A stretch of 64,000 bases of DNA, taken from assembly GCA_015059335.1 (NCBI GenBank), contig SVAP01000001.1:130413-194412 (forward strand). Reading direction: 5' to 3'. The position numbers were made by a program, and so were the translations under genes. The notes beneath the pieces are model-generated. The model made no database searches, had not been told where the DNA came from, and was given only the letters and a program-made list of their open reading frames with translations. The DNA comes from Bacillota bacterium (lineage in GTDB: Bacteria > Bacillota_I > Bacilli_A > RF39 > UBA660). Positions 26,719 through 36,702 of the stretch are shown in pieces (positions within the stretch are counted from its first letter, which is position 1; every line of letters starts with the position of its first letter).

Positions 26719-28867
26719 ATATTAATATAAATATTTTTGAAATCATAGAAACAATAAAGCATAATATTATACCAATAATTGTTGGTAACAAAAATGAAAT
26801 TAACGTCCATTTAAAACTTCCAGTTTCTTTCTTTATAGTAAGACATGTTGTACCACATGGAAAATGGAATAGACAAAATAGCATCATACAAATTGCAGTG
26901 GTAATAGTCCAACCGTTATTTATTAATAATTCTCTTAGTGCAGATAAGTTATTTAATTCCATAATATTTCCTGTTGCCATATAACTCATAATAATGATAG
27001 GAATAACTATTTCGTTAGCAGGAAATCCTAATATAAAAGCCATAATTATAACTCCATCTAATCCTATTATTTTTCCAAATGGATCTAGGAAGTTAGTACA
27101 ATATGATAACAAACTACTACCAGAAATATTAATATTAGCCATTAACCATATTATAATACCTGCTGGAGCAGCAACAGCAATAGCTCTACCTAAAACAAAT
27201 AGTGTTCTATCAAAAATTGATCTTACTAATACTTTACCAATTTGTGGCTTTCTATATGGTGGTAACTCTAGTGCAAATGATGAAGGAATACCTTTAAGTA
27301 TTGTTTTTGATAATAATTTGGAAACAAATAATGTTATTATTACTCCTAGTAATATTAATGCTGTAAGTAATAAAGTTGAAATAATTGATCCCATAAATCC
27401 CCCAATTATTGCAGAAGATAAAAACATAGTAATGATAGATATTAATGTAGGATATCTTCCGTTACATGGAACAAAATTATTTGTAAGTATGGCAATTAGT
27501 CTTTCTCTAGGAGAATCAATAATTCTACAACCAACAACTCCACATGCATTACATCCAATACCCATAATCATAGTTAATGCTTGTTTTCCATGAGCATTAG
27601 CTTTTTTAAAAAACTTATCAAGATTAAATGCAATTCTTGGTAGAAATCCAGAATCTTCTAACAGTGTAAACAATGGAAAAAATATTGCCATTGGTGGTAA
27701 CATAACTGCAATTACCCATGTAACAGTTTTATACATTCCAAGTACTAACACACCAGTTAACCAATTTGGAGCATTAATTAAATTAAACAATATTAAAAGT
27801 TTAGTTTCAATATATGAAAACATATTTGATAATAATTCAGAAGGGTAATTCGCACCAACTATAGTTAGCCAAAAAACAAATGCAAATAAAATAATCATTA
27901 TTGGAATACCTGTTGTTTTTGAAGTTAATATCTTATCAATTTTTCTATCTCTACTATTATATTTTTTATTTTCTATATTAACACATTCATTATATATTTT
28001 TTCACTATTCCTAACAATCTCTGTTACTATTTTATCTCTTAACAAATGTGATTTTATTCCTACTTTTTCCAAATCTTTTTTTATTAAATTGATTTCTTTA
28101 TCTAAATCATTATCTAAAATATCAAATCCGAGATATTCTGTTAATGATTTATGCATACTATCATCTAAATCTAATAATTTAATACTAACAAATCTAGGAT
28201 TAATTTTATCATCGAGTTTATCTTTGATCTTTTCCACAATTCTGTTGATAGCGTTTTCAATATTCTCGTCATATTTTATTTTAAAAGAGTTATCAACAGA
28301 ATTGTGGATAGAAACATCATAAATAGCTTGTTGTAATTCTTTTAATCCAACTCTATTTCTAGCACTAGTACCAATTACTGGAACACCAAGTTTACAAGAT
28401 AACTTGTTTAAATCAATGTTTATCTTTTTCTTTTTAGCCTCATCAAGTAAATTTACACACACCACAACATTACTTGTCACTTCTAATACTTGTAATACTA
28501 AATTTAAATTTCTTTCCATACATGTTGCATCCATAACTACAATAGTAGTATCTGGATTACAAAAACAAATAAAATCTCTTGCGATTTCTTCTTCAGGTGA
28601 ATTAGACATCAAAGAATATGTTCCGGGTATATCAACCAAGGTAAAATTTTTATTATTGAAAGTGTATTCTCCTCTCGCACTAGTAACAGTTTTTCCTGGC
28701 CAATTTCCCGTATGCTGGTTCATCCCTGTTAGTTCATTAAAAACGGTACTTTTACCAACATTTGGATTACCAGCTAAAGCAATAACTTTACTATTTTTAT
28801 CAAATTTCAAAAAATCAATATCATTACTAATAACTTTAGAACCAGTCGATTTATTAGTTAGGCCCAT
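26717..28867 (-). CDS. feoB: ferrous iron transporter FeoB
   Basis: G-domain GNPNVGKST, DIPGTYS; large polytopic C-terminal domain. Confidence 0.9.
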   Translation of the reverse strand: MGLTNKSTGSKVISNDIDFLKFDKNSKVIALAGNPNVGKSTVFNELTGMNQHTGNWPGKTVTSARGEYTFNNKNFTLVDIPGTYSLMSNSPEEEIARDFICFCNPDTTIVVMDATCMERNLNLVLQVLEVTSNVVVCVNLLDEAKKKKINIDLNKLSCKLGVPVIGTSARNRVGLKELQQAIYDVSIHNSVDNSFKIKYDENIENAINRIVEKIKDKLDDKINPRFVSIKLLDLDDSMHKSLTEYLGFDILDNDLDKEINLIKKDLEKVGIKSHLLRDKIVTEIVRNSEKIYNECVNIENKKYNSRDRKIDKILTSKTTGIPIMIILFAFVFWLTIVGANYPSELLSNMFSYIETKLLILFNLINAPNWLTGVLVLGMYKTVTWVIAVMLPPMAIFFPLFTLLEDSGFLPRIAFNLDKFFKKANAHGKQALTMIMGIGCNACGVVGCRIIDSPRERLIAILTNNFVPCNGRYPTLISIITMFLSSAIIGGFMGSIISTLLLTALILLGVIITLFVSKLLSKTILKGIPSSFALELPPYRKPQIGKVLVRSIFDRTLFVLGRAIAVAAPAGIIIWLMANINISGSSLLSYCTNFLDPFGKIIGLDGVIIMAFILGFPANEIVIPIIIMSYMATGNIMELNNLSALRELLINNGWTITTAICMMLFCLFHFPCGTTCLTIKKETGSFKWTLISFLLPTIIGIILCFIVSMISKIFILI

Positions 28868-29115
28868 TAAAATTTCCCCCTATAACTAACATTAATTTTT
28901 TTAGCATCATCATTTCTTAATGCTATAACAGCGCCTCTTATAAAATATGCAGTTGGATCTCCAACAGGACTCCTATATAGCGCCTCTATTTTTGTATTAT
29001 TTACAACACCCAAATCTAACATTCGTCTTCTTTCACTACCTTTTGATAATAAGGATTCAACATATCCTATTTGACCTATTGGTAATTTATCTAATGTTAT
29101 TACATCACTATCCAT
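28867..29115 (-). CDS. feoA: FeoA family iron transport protein
   Basis: 82-aa SH3-like FeoA sequence (LGVVNNTKIE..GDP..IRGAVIALR) directly upstream of feoB. Confidence 0.8.
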   Translation of the reverse strand: MDSDVITLDKLPIGQIGYVESLLSKGSERRRMLDLGVVNNTKIEALYRSPVGDPTAYFIRGAVIALRNDDAKKINVSYRGKF

Positions 29116-29283
29116 ATAAAATTATCCTCCTTAAGTTAACATAACAAACTTTCCCTATACTAATATATGTGTTGATATGATATTTTGTTATATGTGATTG
29201 CCCATAGTTAATAATGTATATGTGCAAATAATTGACTGTTTTTACTGCTTTTGATAGAATTATCTTGTAAGGGAGTGTTACAA

Positions 29284-30204
29284 GTGAAAAAAGTTTGTAG
29301 CATTATTTATAATCCAAATTCATCTGGAGTTAAGGATACTAAAGTAATTGATGAAATATGTAAAATATTAGAAATTGATTATGTTGTAAAAACATATAAA
29401 AGTAATGAAACAGGATTAGGATCAAAATATGTTAAAGAAGCTAATCAAGATTCAGATTTAATTATTTCAATTGGCGGAGATGGAACATTTGACGAAATAA
29501 TAAGAGGGATTTATACTGAAGAACAAAAGGCTATTATTAGTCATATTCCAATGGGCACTACTAACGATTTAGGGAGAACTTTTAATTTGACTGGTAATCC
29601 TATTGATTCGTTAAAAAAAATACTTTCAGGTAAAAAAACAAATATGGATATTTTAACCATAAATGATATTCCATATGCTTATGTTTCAGCATTTGGATAT
29701 TTAACATCTATAGCATCAGATACCCCAGAGAATCTAAAAAAGGCGCTAGGGAAATCAGCATATGTTTTATATGGAGGTAAACAATCCCTAAAAAAACCTG
29801 AAGTATATAATTTGAAATATGAAATAGATGGTAAAGAATACACAACAGAATGTATATTAGGAGCGATATCTAATTCAAAAGGTTTCGCAGGATTTGAATT
29901 TTATGATGATTTTAAACTAAATGATGGAAAATTTGAAGTAATGTTTATACCAAACATGACTAAAATCGATATGATAAAACTTCTAGCGATTTTATCATCA
30001 AATAAAAAAACAATTGTTGATGATAAAACAATTGTTGTGCATAAAAATGTATCTAAAATTAAAATCATATTCGATAAATTACCAACTGATAATTGGACAT
30101 TAGATGGAGAAAAACAAGTATTACCAAAAGAAGTAGAAATTAAAGTAGGAAAAAAAATAAAAGTTTTATTACCAAAAAATGTTGTTGATAGTTTATGTAA
30201 TTAG
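29284..30204 (+). CDS. diacylglycerol/lipid kinase (YegS/DagK family)
   Basis: IYNPNSSG and GGDGTFDE motifs. GTG 29284 behind AAGGGAG is preferred to track start 29251. Confidence 0.75.
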   Translation: MKKVCSIIYNPNSSGVKDTKVIDEICKILEIDYVVKTYKSNETGLGSKYVKEANQDSDLIISIGGDGTFDEIIRGIYTEEQKAIISHIPMGTTNDLGRTFNLTGNPIDSLKKILSGKKTNMDILTINDIPYAYVSAFGYLTSIASDTPENLKKALGKSAYVLYGGKQSLKKPEVYNLKYEIDGKEYTTECILGAISNSKGFAGFEFYDDFKLNDGKFEVMFIPNMTKIDMIKLLAILSSNKKTIVDDKTIVVHKNVSKIKIIFDKLPTDNWTLDGEKQVLPKEVEIKVGKKIKVLLPKNVVDSLCN

Positions 30205-30782
30205 TTTTCATCTAACTTTTCAAAAACCAATTTCCACATAAGTAAATAAAATTCAGTTTTTTTAGGATTATCCAAATATTCATTAAAATCATCAAATAAT
30301 ATATATTGATGATTTTTTCTAACATTACAACAATCAATTAAAAAGTTAAACAAAACTCTATCATCATTTAAATCAATATTATAATTAACTCTTGTAATAA
30401 CAAATTTTAAATTATTTCTAAATTTTGCTAATATTATTTTTTTGTACTCAATAGTACGTTTATTAATTTTATAATTTTCTTTAAGGTTACTTTTAGTTAA
30501 AAAAATAGAATTTTCAAGTTTATCAAAAATACTATCTAAAACATTTAATAATTGGACATGATTTAAATTTAAACTATACATCAAATAATCAATAAAATTA
30601 TCAATCATCATAATAAAATGTTTATAATATTCCATTTTTTCATTATTAAATGTAGCATAATAATTTTCATTTTCTAATTTTTTAATATAGTAATCTAATT
30701 TACCGTTTTTTATTAATTTATATATTATTGGAGCATATATATAATAATCTTCAAATAAACTCTCTATTATTTTATTTTTCAT
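30201..30782 (-). CDS. hypothetical protein
   Basis: ORF with internal ATG (MKNKII) behind a GGTGG SD; no motif recognised. Confidence 0.45.
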   Translation of the reverse strand: MKNKIIESLFEDYYIYAPIIYKLIKNGKLDYYIKKLENENYYATFNNEKMEYYKHFIMMIDNFIDYLMYSLNLNHVQLLNVLDSIFDKLENSIFLTKSNLKENYKINKRTIEYKKIILAKFRNNLKFVITRVNYNIDLNDDRVLFNFLIDCCNVRKNHQYILFDDFNEYLDNPKKTEFYLLMWKLVFEKLDEN

Positions 30783-30878
30783 TCCAATTCCACCTTTATG
30801 TATTATTATAACATATGTGAGCTCTAACCTCACATATTTTTGTTTAACTTTGTGAGAAAATAATTATGGTGATTAGTC

Positions 30879-31115
30879 GTGATAGAAGTAAAAGAAAATG
30901 TATACGATGTAATTAGAAAGAACATTAAATATTATAGAAAGAAAAGAAATATGACCCAAGCAGTATTTGCTGAAAAAATGGGATTGTCTCATGATTATAT
31001 TAGACAAGTTGAATCTAGTAAATCTGGAAAACACTTTTCTATGGGTAGCATTCAAACTGCAGCTGAAGTTTTAGATGTTGAATTATATATGTTATTTAAA
31101 GATGATTTAGATTAA
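30879..31115 (+). CDS. XRE-family HTH transcriptional regulator
   Basis: MTQAVFAEKMGLSHDYIRQVES HTH pattern. Confidence 0.7.
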   Translation: MIEVKENVYDVIRKNIKYYRKKRNMTQAVFAEKMGLSHDYIRQVESSKSGKHFSMGSIQTAAEVLDVELYMLFKDDLD

Positions 31116-31121
31116 CAAATT

Positions 31122-31149
31122 AAAAGCCTTAGTTTTTTCTAAGGCTTTT
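31122..31149. terminator. bidirectional terminator
   Basis: AAAAGCCTTAG / CTAAGGCTTTT perfect stem. Confidence 0.7.
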
Positions 31150-31173
31150 AACATAAATTCAAATATTATAATT

Positions 31174-32169
31174 TTAATCACATTGAACACAAGTAATAGC
31201 TACAACTCCAGCAATATCTTCTTCGTTACACCCTCTAGATAAGTCGTTAACTGGTTTAGCAATACCCTGAGTGATTGGTCCATATGCATTAGCTTTAGCT
31301 AATCTTTCAGTTATTTTATATGCAATATTACCTGAGTCTAAATCAGGGAATACTAATACATTAGCTTTTCCAGCAACACTACTATTAGGTGCTTTTTGTT
31401 TAGCTACTTTAGGAACAACTGCTGCATCAAATTGTAATTCACCATCAAGAATTAATTCTGGATACATATTTTTTGCTAAATCAACAGCTGTTGTTACCTT
31501 ATCAACATCAGGATGTTTAGAAGAACCAAAAGTTGAATGTGATAACATAGCTATAATAGGATCATTACCAACTAATTTTTTAAACGATTGAGCAGAACTA
31601 TTGGCAATATGCGCTAATTCTTCACTAGTAGGGTTTTGTACCATACCACAATCTGAATATATAAATATTCCGTTATCACCATATTCACAATTTGGAACTT
31701 CCATTAAGAAAAATGATGAAACAATTTTACTATTAGGAGCTGTTTTTAAAATTTGAAGTGCTGCTCTTAATACATTAGCACTACTATTAACCGCACCAGC
31801 AACGAGACCATCAGCATATCCTAATTTTACTAACATATTCCCAAAATACAAATAATTTTCTCTAATAATTTTATTTGCATTTTCTAAATCCATACCTTTA
31901 TTTTTTCTTAGTTCATAAAATTCTGATACAAGTTTTTCAGTATCGCTAAAAGTAACAGGGTCAATTATTTCAACACCACTAATATTAACGTTATTTGATG
32001 TTGCTAATTTATTGATATTATCTACATTTCCTATAAGTATAACTTTCGCAAATCCTTCTTTTGTAACTATTTCACTTGCTTTTAATGTTCTTATATCATC
32101 TGATTCAGGTAATATAATAGTCTTATTTAAATTTTTTGCTTGTTCTTTTATTTTGTCTATAATTTTCAC
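31174..32169 (-). CDS. pta: phosphate acetyltransferase
   Basis: Typical Pta sequence (TIILPESDDIRTLKA.., GLVAGAVNSSANVLRAALQ). GTG at 32169 behind an AAAGAG SD is preferred to 32190. Confidence 0.85.
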   Translation of the reverse strand: MKIIDKIKEQAKNLNKTIILPESDDIRTLKASEIVTKEGFAKVILIGNVDNINKLATSNNVNISGVEIIDPVTFSDTEKLVSEFYELRKNKGMDLENANKIIRENYLYFGNMLVKLGYADGLVAGAVNSSANVLRAALQILKTAPNSKIVSSFFLMEVPNCEYGDNGIFIYSDCGMVQNPTSEELAHIANSSAQSFKKLVGNDPIIAMLSHSTFGSSKHPDVDKVTTAVDLAKNMYPELILDGELQFDAAVVPKVAKQKAPNSSVAGKANVLVFPDLDSGNIAYKITERLAKANAYGPITQGIAKPVNDLSRGCNEEDIAGVVAITCVQCD

Positions 32170-32274
32170 TATATCACTCTTTCTACACACAATATTCTAC
32201 CAAAAAAATACAAATTATAAAAGAAATATTTACTAAATATATAAAAAGTTATATATTAATTATGAGGTGTTAAT

Positions 32275-32661
32275 ATGAAAAAATATATTTTAGAATTCAA
32301 AAAATTTATTGCTAAAGGAAACGTTGTAGATTTAGCTGTAGCTGTAATAATTGGGGGCGCATTTGGAAAAATTGTAACATCATTGGTTAATGATATTTTA
32401 ATGCCTATTATTGGTGTTATTTTAGGTGGATTAGATTTTACATCATTATCAATAAATTTTCGTAGCGCAACAATCAATTATGGCTTATTTATTCAAAATA
32501 TAGTAGATTTCCTAATCATAGCAGTTTGCATCTTTATATTTGTAAAATTTATTGAAAGAATTTTACCTAAAAAAGAAGAAAAAAAAGAAGCTCCTAAAAA
32601 AGCCGATGATATTATCTTGCTAGAAGAAATTAGAGATTTACTAAAAGAAAAGAAAAAATAA
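32275..32661 (+). CDS. mscL: large-conductance mechanosensitive channel
   Basis: [37 protein letters not shown] is a canonical MscL N-terminus. Confidence 0.9.
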   Translation: MKKYILEFKKFIAKGNVVDLAVAVIIGGAFGKIVTSLVNDILMPIIGVILGGLDFTSLSINFRSATINYGLFIQNIVDFLIIAVCIFIFVKFIERILPKKEEKKEAPKKADDIILLEEIRDLLKEKKK

Positions 32662-32772
32662 AATTAATTTTTCTTTTTTTATTGACATATTTCATGATAA
32701 TGAGATAATAAAAATGATATTTAGTGAGATAACTCATTAATATAAATTAAAAAATAGAGGAGGAATAAATAT

Positions 32773-33309
32773 ATGGAATTAAAAGGAAGTAAAACAGAAC
32801 AAAACTTATTAGCTGCATTTGCAGGTGAAAGTCAAGCAAGAAATAAGTATACTTATTATGCTTCTAAAGCAAAAAAAGAAGGGTATAACCAAATAGCTGC
32901 ACTTTTTGAAGAAACAGCTAACAATGAAAAAGAACACGCTAAAATATGGTTTAAACTATTACATGATGGTATGCCAGACACTTTAACAAATTTAGAAGAT
33001 GCTGCAGCTGGAGAAAACTATGAATGGACAGATATGTATAAAGAATTTGCTGAAGTTGCTAAAGAAGAAGGATTCGATAGAATTGCATATCTATTTAGTG
33101 AAGTGGCTAAAATAGAAAAAGAACATGAAGAAAGATACATTAAATTAGCACAAAACATTAAAGATAACACAGTATTCGCTGATAGTGAAGAAGAAGTATG
33201 GATTTGTACTAACTGTGGACATATATATGTTGGTAAAACTGCTCCAAAAGTTTGTCCTGTATGTGAACATCCACAAGCATATTTTGAAAGAAAAGCAAAA
33301 AATTACTAA
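32773..33309 (+). CDS. rbr: rubrerythrin
   Basis: Ferritin-like EXXH pairs plus C-terminal rubredoxin CTNCG..CPVC. Confidence 0.9.
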   Translation: MELKGSKTEQNLLAAFAGESQARNKYTYYASKAKKEGYNQIAALFEETANNEKEHAKIWFKLLHDGMPDTLTNLEDAAAGENYEWTDMYKEFAEVAKEEGFDRIAYLFSEVAKIEKEHEERYIKLAQNIKDNTVFADSEEEVWICTNCGHIYVGKTAPKVCPVCEHPQAYFERKAKNY

Positions 33310-33375
33310 AAGAGAGAAATCTCTTTTTTTTAATAAACTTGAACTAAAAGTATATAATATACTGGTGCATATATC

Positions 33376-34764
33376 ATGAAAAAGAAACTATTAATTTTAT
33401 TATTTTTAATACTTATACTAATATTAGGATCATACTTATTTTATAATATTAAACCTAAAATAACTCTTTATGGTAATGATGTAATAACCCTTAAAATTAA
33501 TACTAGTTATGAAGAACCAGGATATAAAACCACTATATTTAATAAAGATATTACTGAAAGAACAATAGTAAAGAGTAATCTTAATATAAATAAATTAGGA
33601 AAATATGAAATCACATATAAAATAAACTATAATAATAAAACATATGAAAAAACAAGAATAATAAAAGTAATTGATAATAATAAACCGGTAATTAGTTTAT
33701 TAGGAGAAGGTATACTAGAAATTTGTCCAAATGAAAAATATATAGAAACAGGGTATATAGCTTTAGATAAATATGATGGAAATATTACTGATAAAGTAAT
33801 AATTAATGAAAGTGAAAATCAAATTACTTATTCAGTCGAAAATAGTATAGGAAACAAGTATATGACGGCAAGAAAAATAATAAAAAAAGATACAATAAAT
33901 CCAACAATCAAGTTAAATGGTAATCAATTAATTACACTTTATCTTGGCAATAATTATGAGGAATTAGGGTATACAGCGACTGATAATTGTGATGGAGACT
34001 TAACTAACAATGTTACAATAACAAGTAATTTAAATACCAAAGAAGAAGGTAATTATAGGATAACTTATACAGTAAAAGATAGTTCTGGTAACATTGAAAG
34101 TATAAATAGATTTATTAATATATTAACCGAGCCAAAATATAATGAAAAGATAATATATTTAACATTTGATGATGGTCCAAGCAACACTACGACAAAAATA
34201 TTAGATATATTAAAAGAAGAAGATATAAAAGCAACCTTTTTTGTAATTAATAATTACAAAAAATATGACAAAGTTATTAAAAGAATATTTGATGAAGAAC
34301 ATACAATAGGCTTACATAGTTATTCTCACAAATATAATGAAATATATAAATCTGAAGAAACCTATTTTGAAGACTTAGAAAAAATCAACAACAAGATAGA
34401 AGAAACCATAGGTATAAAATCACAAATTATAAGGTTTCCTGGAGGCAGTTCAAATACAATCGCAAAAAAAGAATTGATGAATAAATTAATTAAATCAACT
34501 AAAGAAAAAGGATATATATATTTTGATTGGAATATAGCTTCAAATGATACATCACATATTTCATCAAAAAGAATTTATAATAAAGTAATAAGTCAACTAG
34601 AAAAATATAAATATAATACCAATATAATATTAATGCATGATTTTTCTAATAACAATAAAACTGTAAAAGCATTAAAAGAAATAATAAAATATGGTAAAGA
34701 GAATGGATATAGATTTGAAAAGATAACAGAGCGTACACCTCAAATAACTCATAAAATCAAATAA
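33376..34764 (+). CDS. polysaccharide deacetylase (NodB domain) with N-terminal Ig-like repeats
   Basis: Three repeats of the ..G..YEE.GY.A.D..DG..T pattern, then the IYLTFDDGP NodB motif and HSYSH. Confidence 0.8.
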   Translation: MKKKLLILLFLILILILGSYLFYNIKPKITLYGNDVITLKINTSYEEPGYKTTIFNKDITERTIVKSNLNINKLGKYEITYKINYNNKTYEKTRIIKVIDNNKPVISLLGEGILEICPNEKYIETGYIALDKYDGNITDKVIINESENQITYSVENSIGNKYMTARKIIKKDTINPTIKLNGNQLITLYLGNNYEELGYTATDNCDGDLTNNVTITSNLNTKEEGNYRITYTVKDSSGNIESINRFINILTEPKYNEKIIYLTFDDGPSNTTTKILDILKEEDIKATFFVINNYKKYDKVIKRIFDEEHTIGLHSYSHKYNEIYKSEETYFEDLEKINNKIEETIGIKSQIIRFPGGSSNTIAKKELMNKLIKSTKEKGYIYFDWNIASNDTSHISSKRIYNKVISQLEKYKYNTNIILMHDFSNNNKTVKALKEIIKYGKENGYRFEKITERTPQITHKIK

Positions 34765-34819
34765 AAGATTTTAAATATATTTAAAATAGTGTTATAATGT
34801 TATAATCGGAGGTGAAATT

Positions 34820-36595
34820 ATGAAATATATAAAACAACATAAATGTATGTTGATTTCAATAATAATTGGAATAATAATTTCACCTATAATTTATTTAATA
34901 TTTATAAACACAATAAAATTAACAGAATTTGAAATAATAAATTTTAATCAAAATATTGATGAATATCAAAATTTTAATAAGCTATCATGGACTAAGTCAA
35001 TTAATGCAGAAAAGTATCAAGTAATTGTATATGATGAAAATTTAAAAATTTTAAAAGTATTAGAAACTAAAGATACTAATATATATCTAAATAATATAAG
35101 TGCGACAAATAATAAAAAAATTTATATTAATATAAATGCAATAGATAGTGTTAAAAATAAGAAAATAATAAGTAATAAAAATTATTCAATAATATGGAAA
35201 GCACCAACACTAGATATAAATGATAATATGATAATATATAACAATAATGATTTAGATATTAACGTGTTATATAAAGAAAATTTAATTGGTTATTATTATG
35301 AATTATTAAAAGATGATACTTTGATATATAAAGGAGATATATTTAATAATAAATTTAGTATTCCAAAAGAGTATATTAGTACATTATTTGGTAAATATGA
35401 ATTAAGATTATGTAAAAATATTGATGATGTAAAAATGATTGTAAGCAGAAGAACAATAAATATATCTGTACCAAATATAAGCAATATAGAAATGATATAT
35501 CCTAAAAATAATTCCAAGATAGAATGGGATGATTTTAAAATTGAATTTACTGGTGGAGATAATGCTGTTAATTATTATTTAACATTAACAAATTCAAATG
35601 GTAAAAAAATACTAGATAATAAAAAAATAAATGATAAAAACTATGAAGTTTTAATAAATAAGTTAAAAGAAAATAAAAAATATACATTAGAAATTATGGC
35701 ATCAAATCCACTAGATAAATCAGTATCAAAAGTTAAAAAAATACGTTTTGAAACATTAAATAAATCAAAAACAAAAAATGTAGAATCAAATACTCCAAAT
35801 GGAAATGTTACATGGGGTAAATTAATTGCTTTAACATCGCAGACTAAAGATGCACAAATTTATTATACAATTGATGGAAGTGAACCGAGTACTAATAGTA
35901 CATTATACAAAGAACCAATTAAAATAAACTCAAGAATAATTATTAAAGCAATTGCGGTAAGAAAAAACATGAACAATAGTGAAGTAACCGAATTTAAATA
36001 TAGCCCTATAGCTTATGGAATGGGTTCATCAAACTCATGGGCACCAATAGCGTTATATAATGAAGGATATTTACCAATAAGATATTATAATCAAAGAACA
36101 GGTGGATATTCATATAATACATATGGACCAGTTAATAATGATTGGGATAGTGGGTTTCCAGCAACTATTGCTTCTCATGGATGTGGGCCAACGGCATTAG
36201 CTACAGTAATATCAACGCTAACCGAAAAAGATATAAATCCAGCAACAATTACTGATTGGGCATGTAAAAATGAATATTGTACTCCAACAGGAACATTAGG
36301 TAAACTAATGGAAGTATATCCTAAAAAATATCAATTATCTGTTCAATATGTTACAAAAGATGGTAGTGATAGAGTAAAAGAAACACTAAAAACTCAAGAA
36401 TCATTAGTTATAGCTTCAATGGGAAAAGGAACGTTTACTTCAACAGCGCACTATATTGTTTTAAGAGGTATTACCGAAGATAATAAAGTACTAATAGCAG
36501 ATCCCAATAGTTTAGAAAAAAGTAAAGAATTCTGGGATTTTGATTTAATATTAAAAGAGGTAAAGGAACCATATTTTTACATAATCTCTAAATAA
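34820..36595 (+). CDS. secreted multidomain protein with C-terminal C39-like papain-fold peptidase domain
   Basis: HGCGPTALATVI catalytic Cys context and AHYIVLRGI His context; upstream FN3-like repeats and a QIYYTIDGSEPS motif. Confidence 0.65.
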   Translation: MKYIKQHKCMLISIIIGIIISPIIYLIFINTIKLTEFEIINFNQNIDEYQNFNKLSWTKSINAEKYQVIVYDENLKILKVLETKDTNIYLNNISATNNKKIYININAIDSVKNKKIISNKNYSIIWKAPTLDINDNMIIYNNNDLDINVLYKENLIGYYYELLKDDTLIYKGDIFNNKFSIPKEYISTLFGKYELRLCKNIDDVKMIVSRRTINISVPNISNIEMIYPKNNSKIEWDDFKIEFTGGDNAVNYYLTLTNSNGKKILDNKKINDKNYEVLINKLKENKKYTLEIMASNPLDKSVSKVKKIRFETLNKSKTKNVESNTPNGNVTWGKLIALTSQTKDAQIYYTIDGSEPSTNSTLYKEPIKINSRIIIKAIAVRKNMNNSEVTEFKYSPIAYGMGSSNSWAPIALYNEGYLPIRYYNQRTGGYSYNTYGPVNNDWDSGFPATIASHGCGPTALATVISTLTEKDINPATITDWACKNEYCTPTGTLGKLMEVYPKKYQLSVQYVTKDGSDRVKETLKTQESLVIASMGKGTFTSTAHYIVLRGITEDNKVLIADPNSLEKSKEFWDFDLILKEVKEPYFYIISK

Positions 36596-36702
36596 AAGAT
36601 ATTAGATTAATTTCTAATACCTTTTTTATTTTACTTTTTTCTAATTTTTGTCACTATGAATATTAAAAAAATAATGATATAATAACTTCCAGGTGAAGTA
36701 AT

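Noticed and set aside
26994-28889. Long plus-strand ORFs (26994..27593, 28089..28322, 28404..28889) opposite feoB
   Set aside because: They lie entirely antisense to a gene with unmistakable FeoB motifs and have low-complexity Ile/Leu/Ser-rich translations typical of shadow frames in AT-rich DNA. None has an SD.
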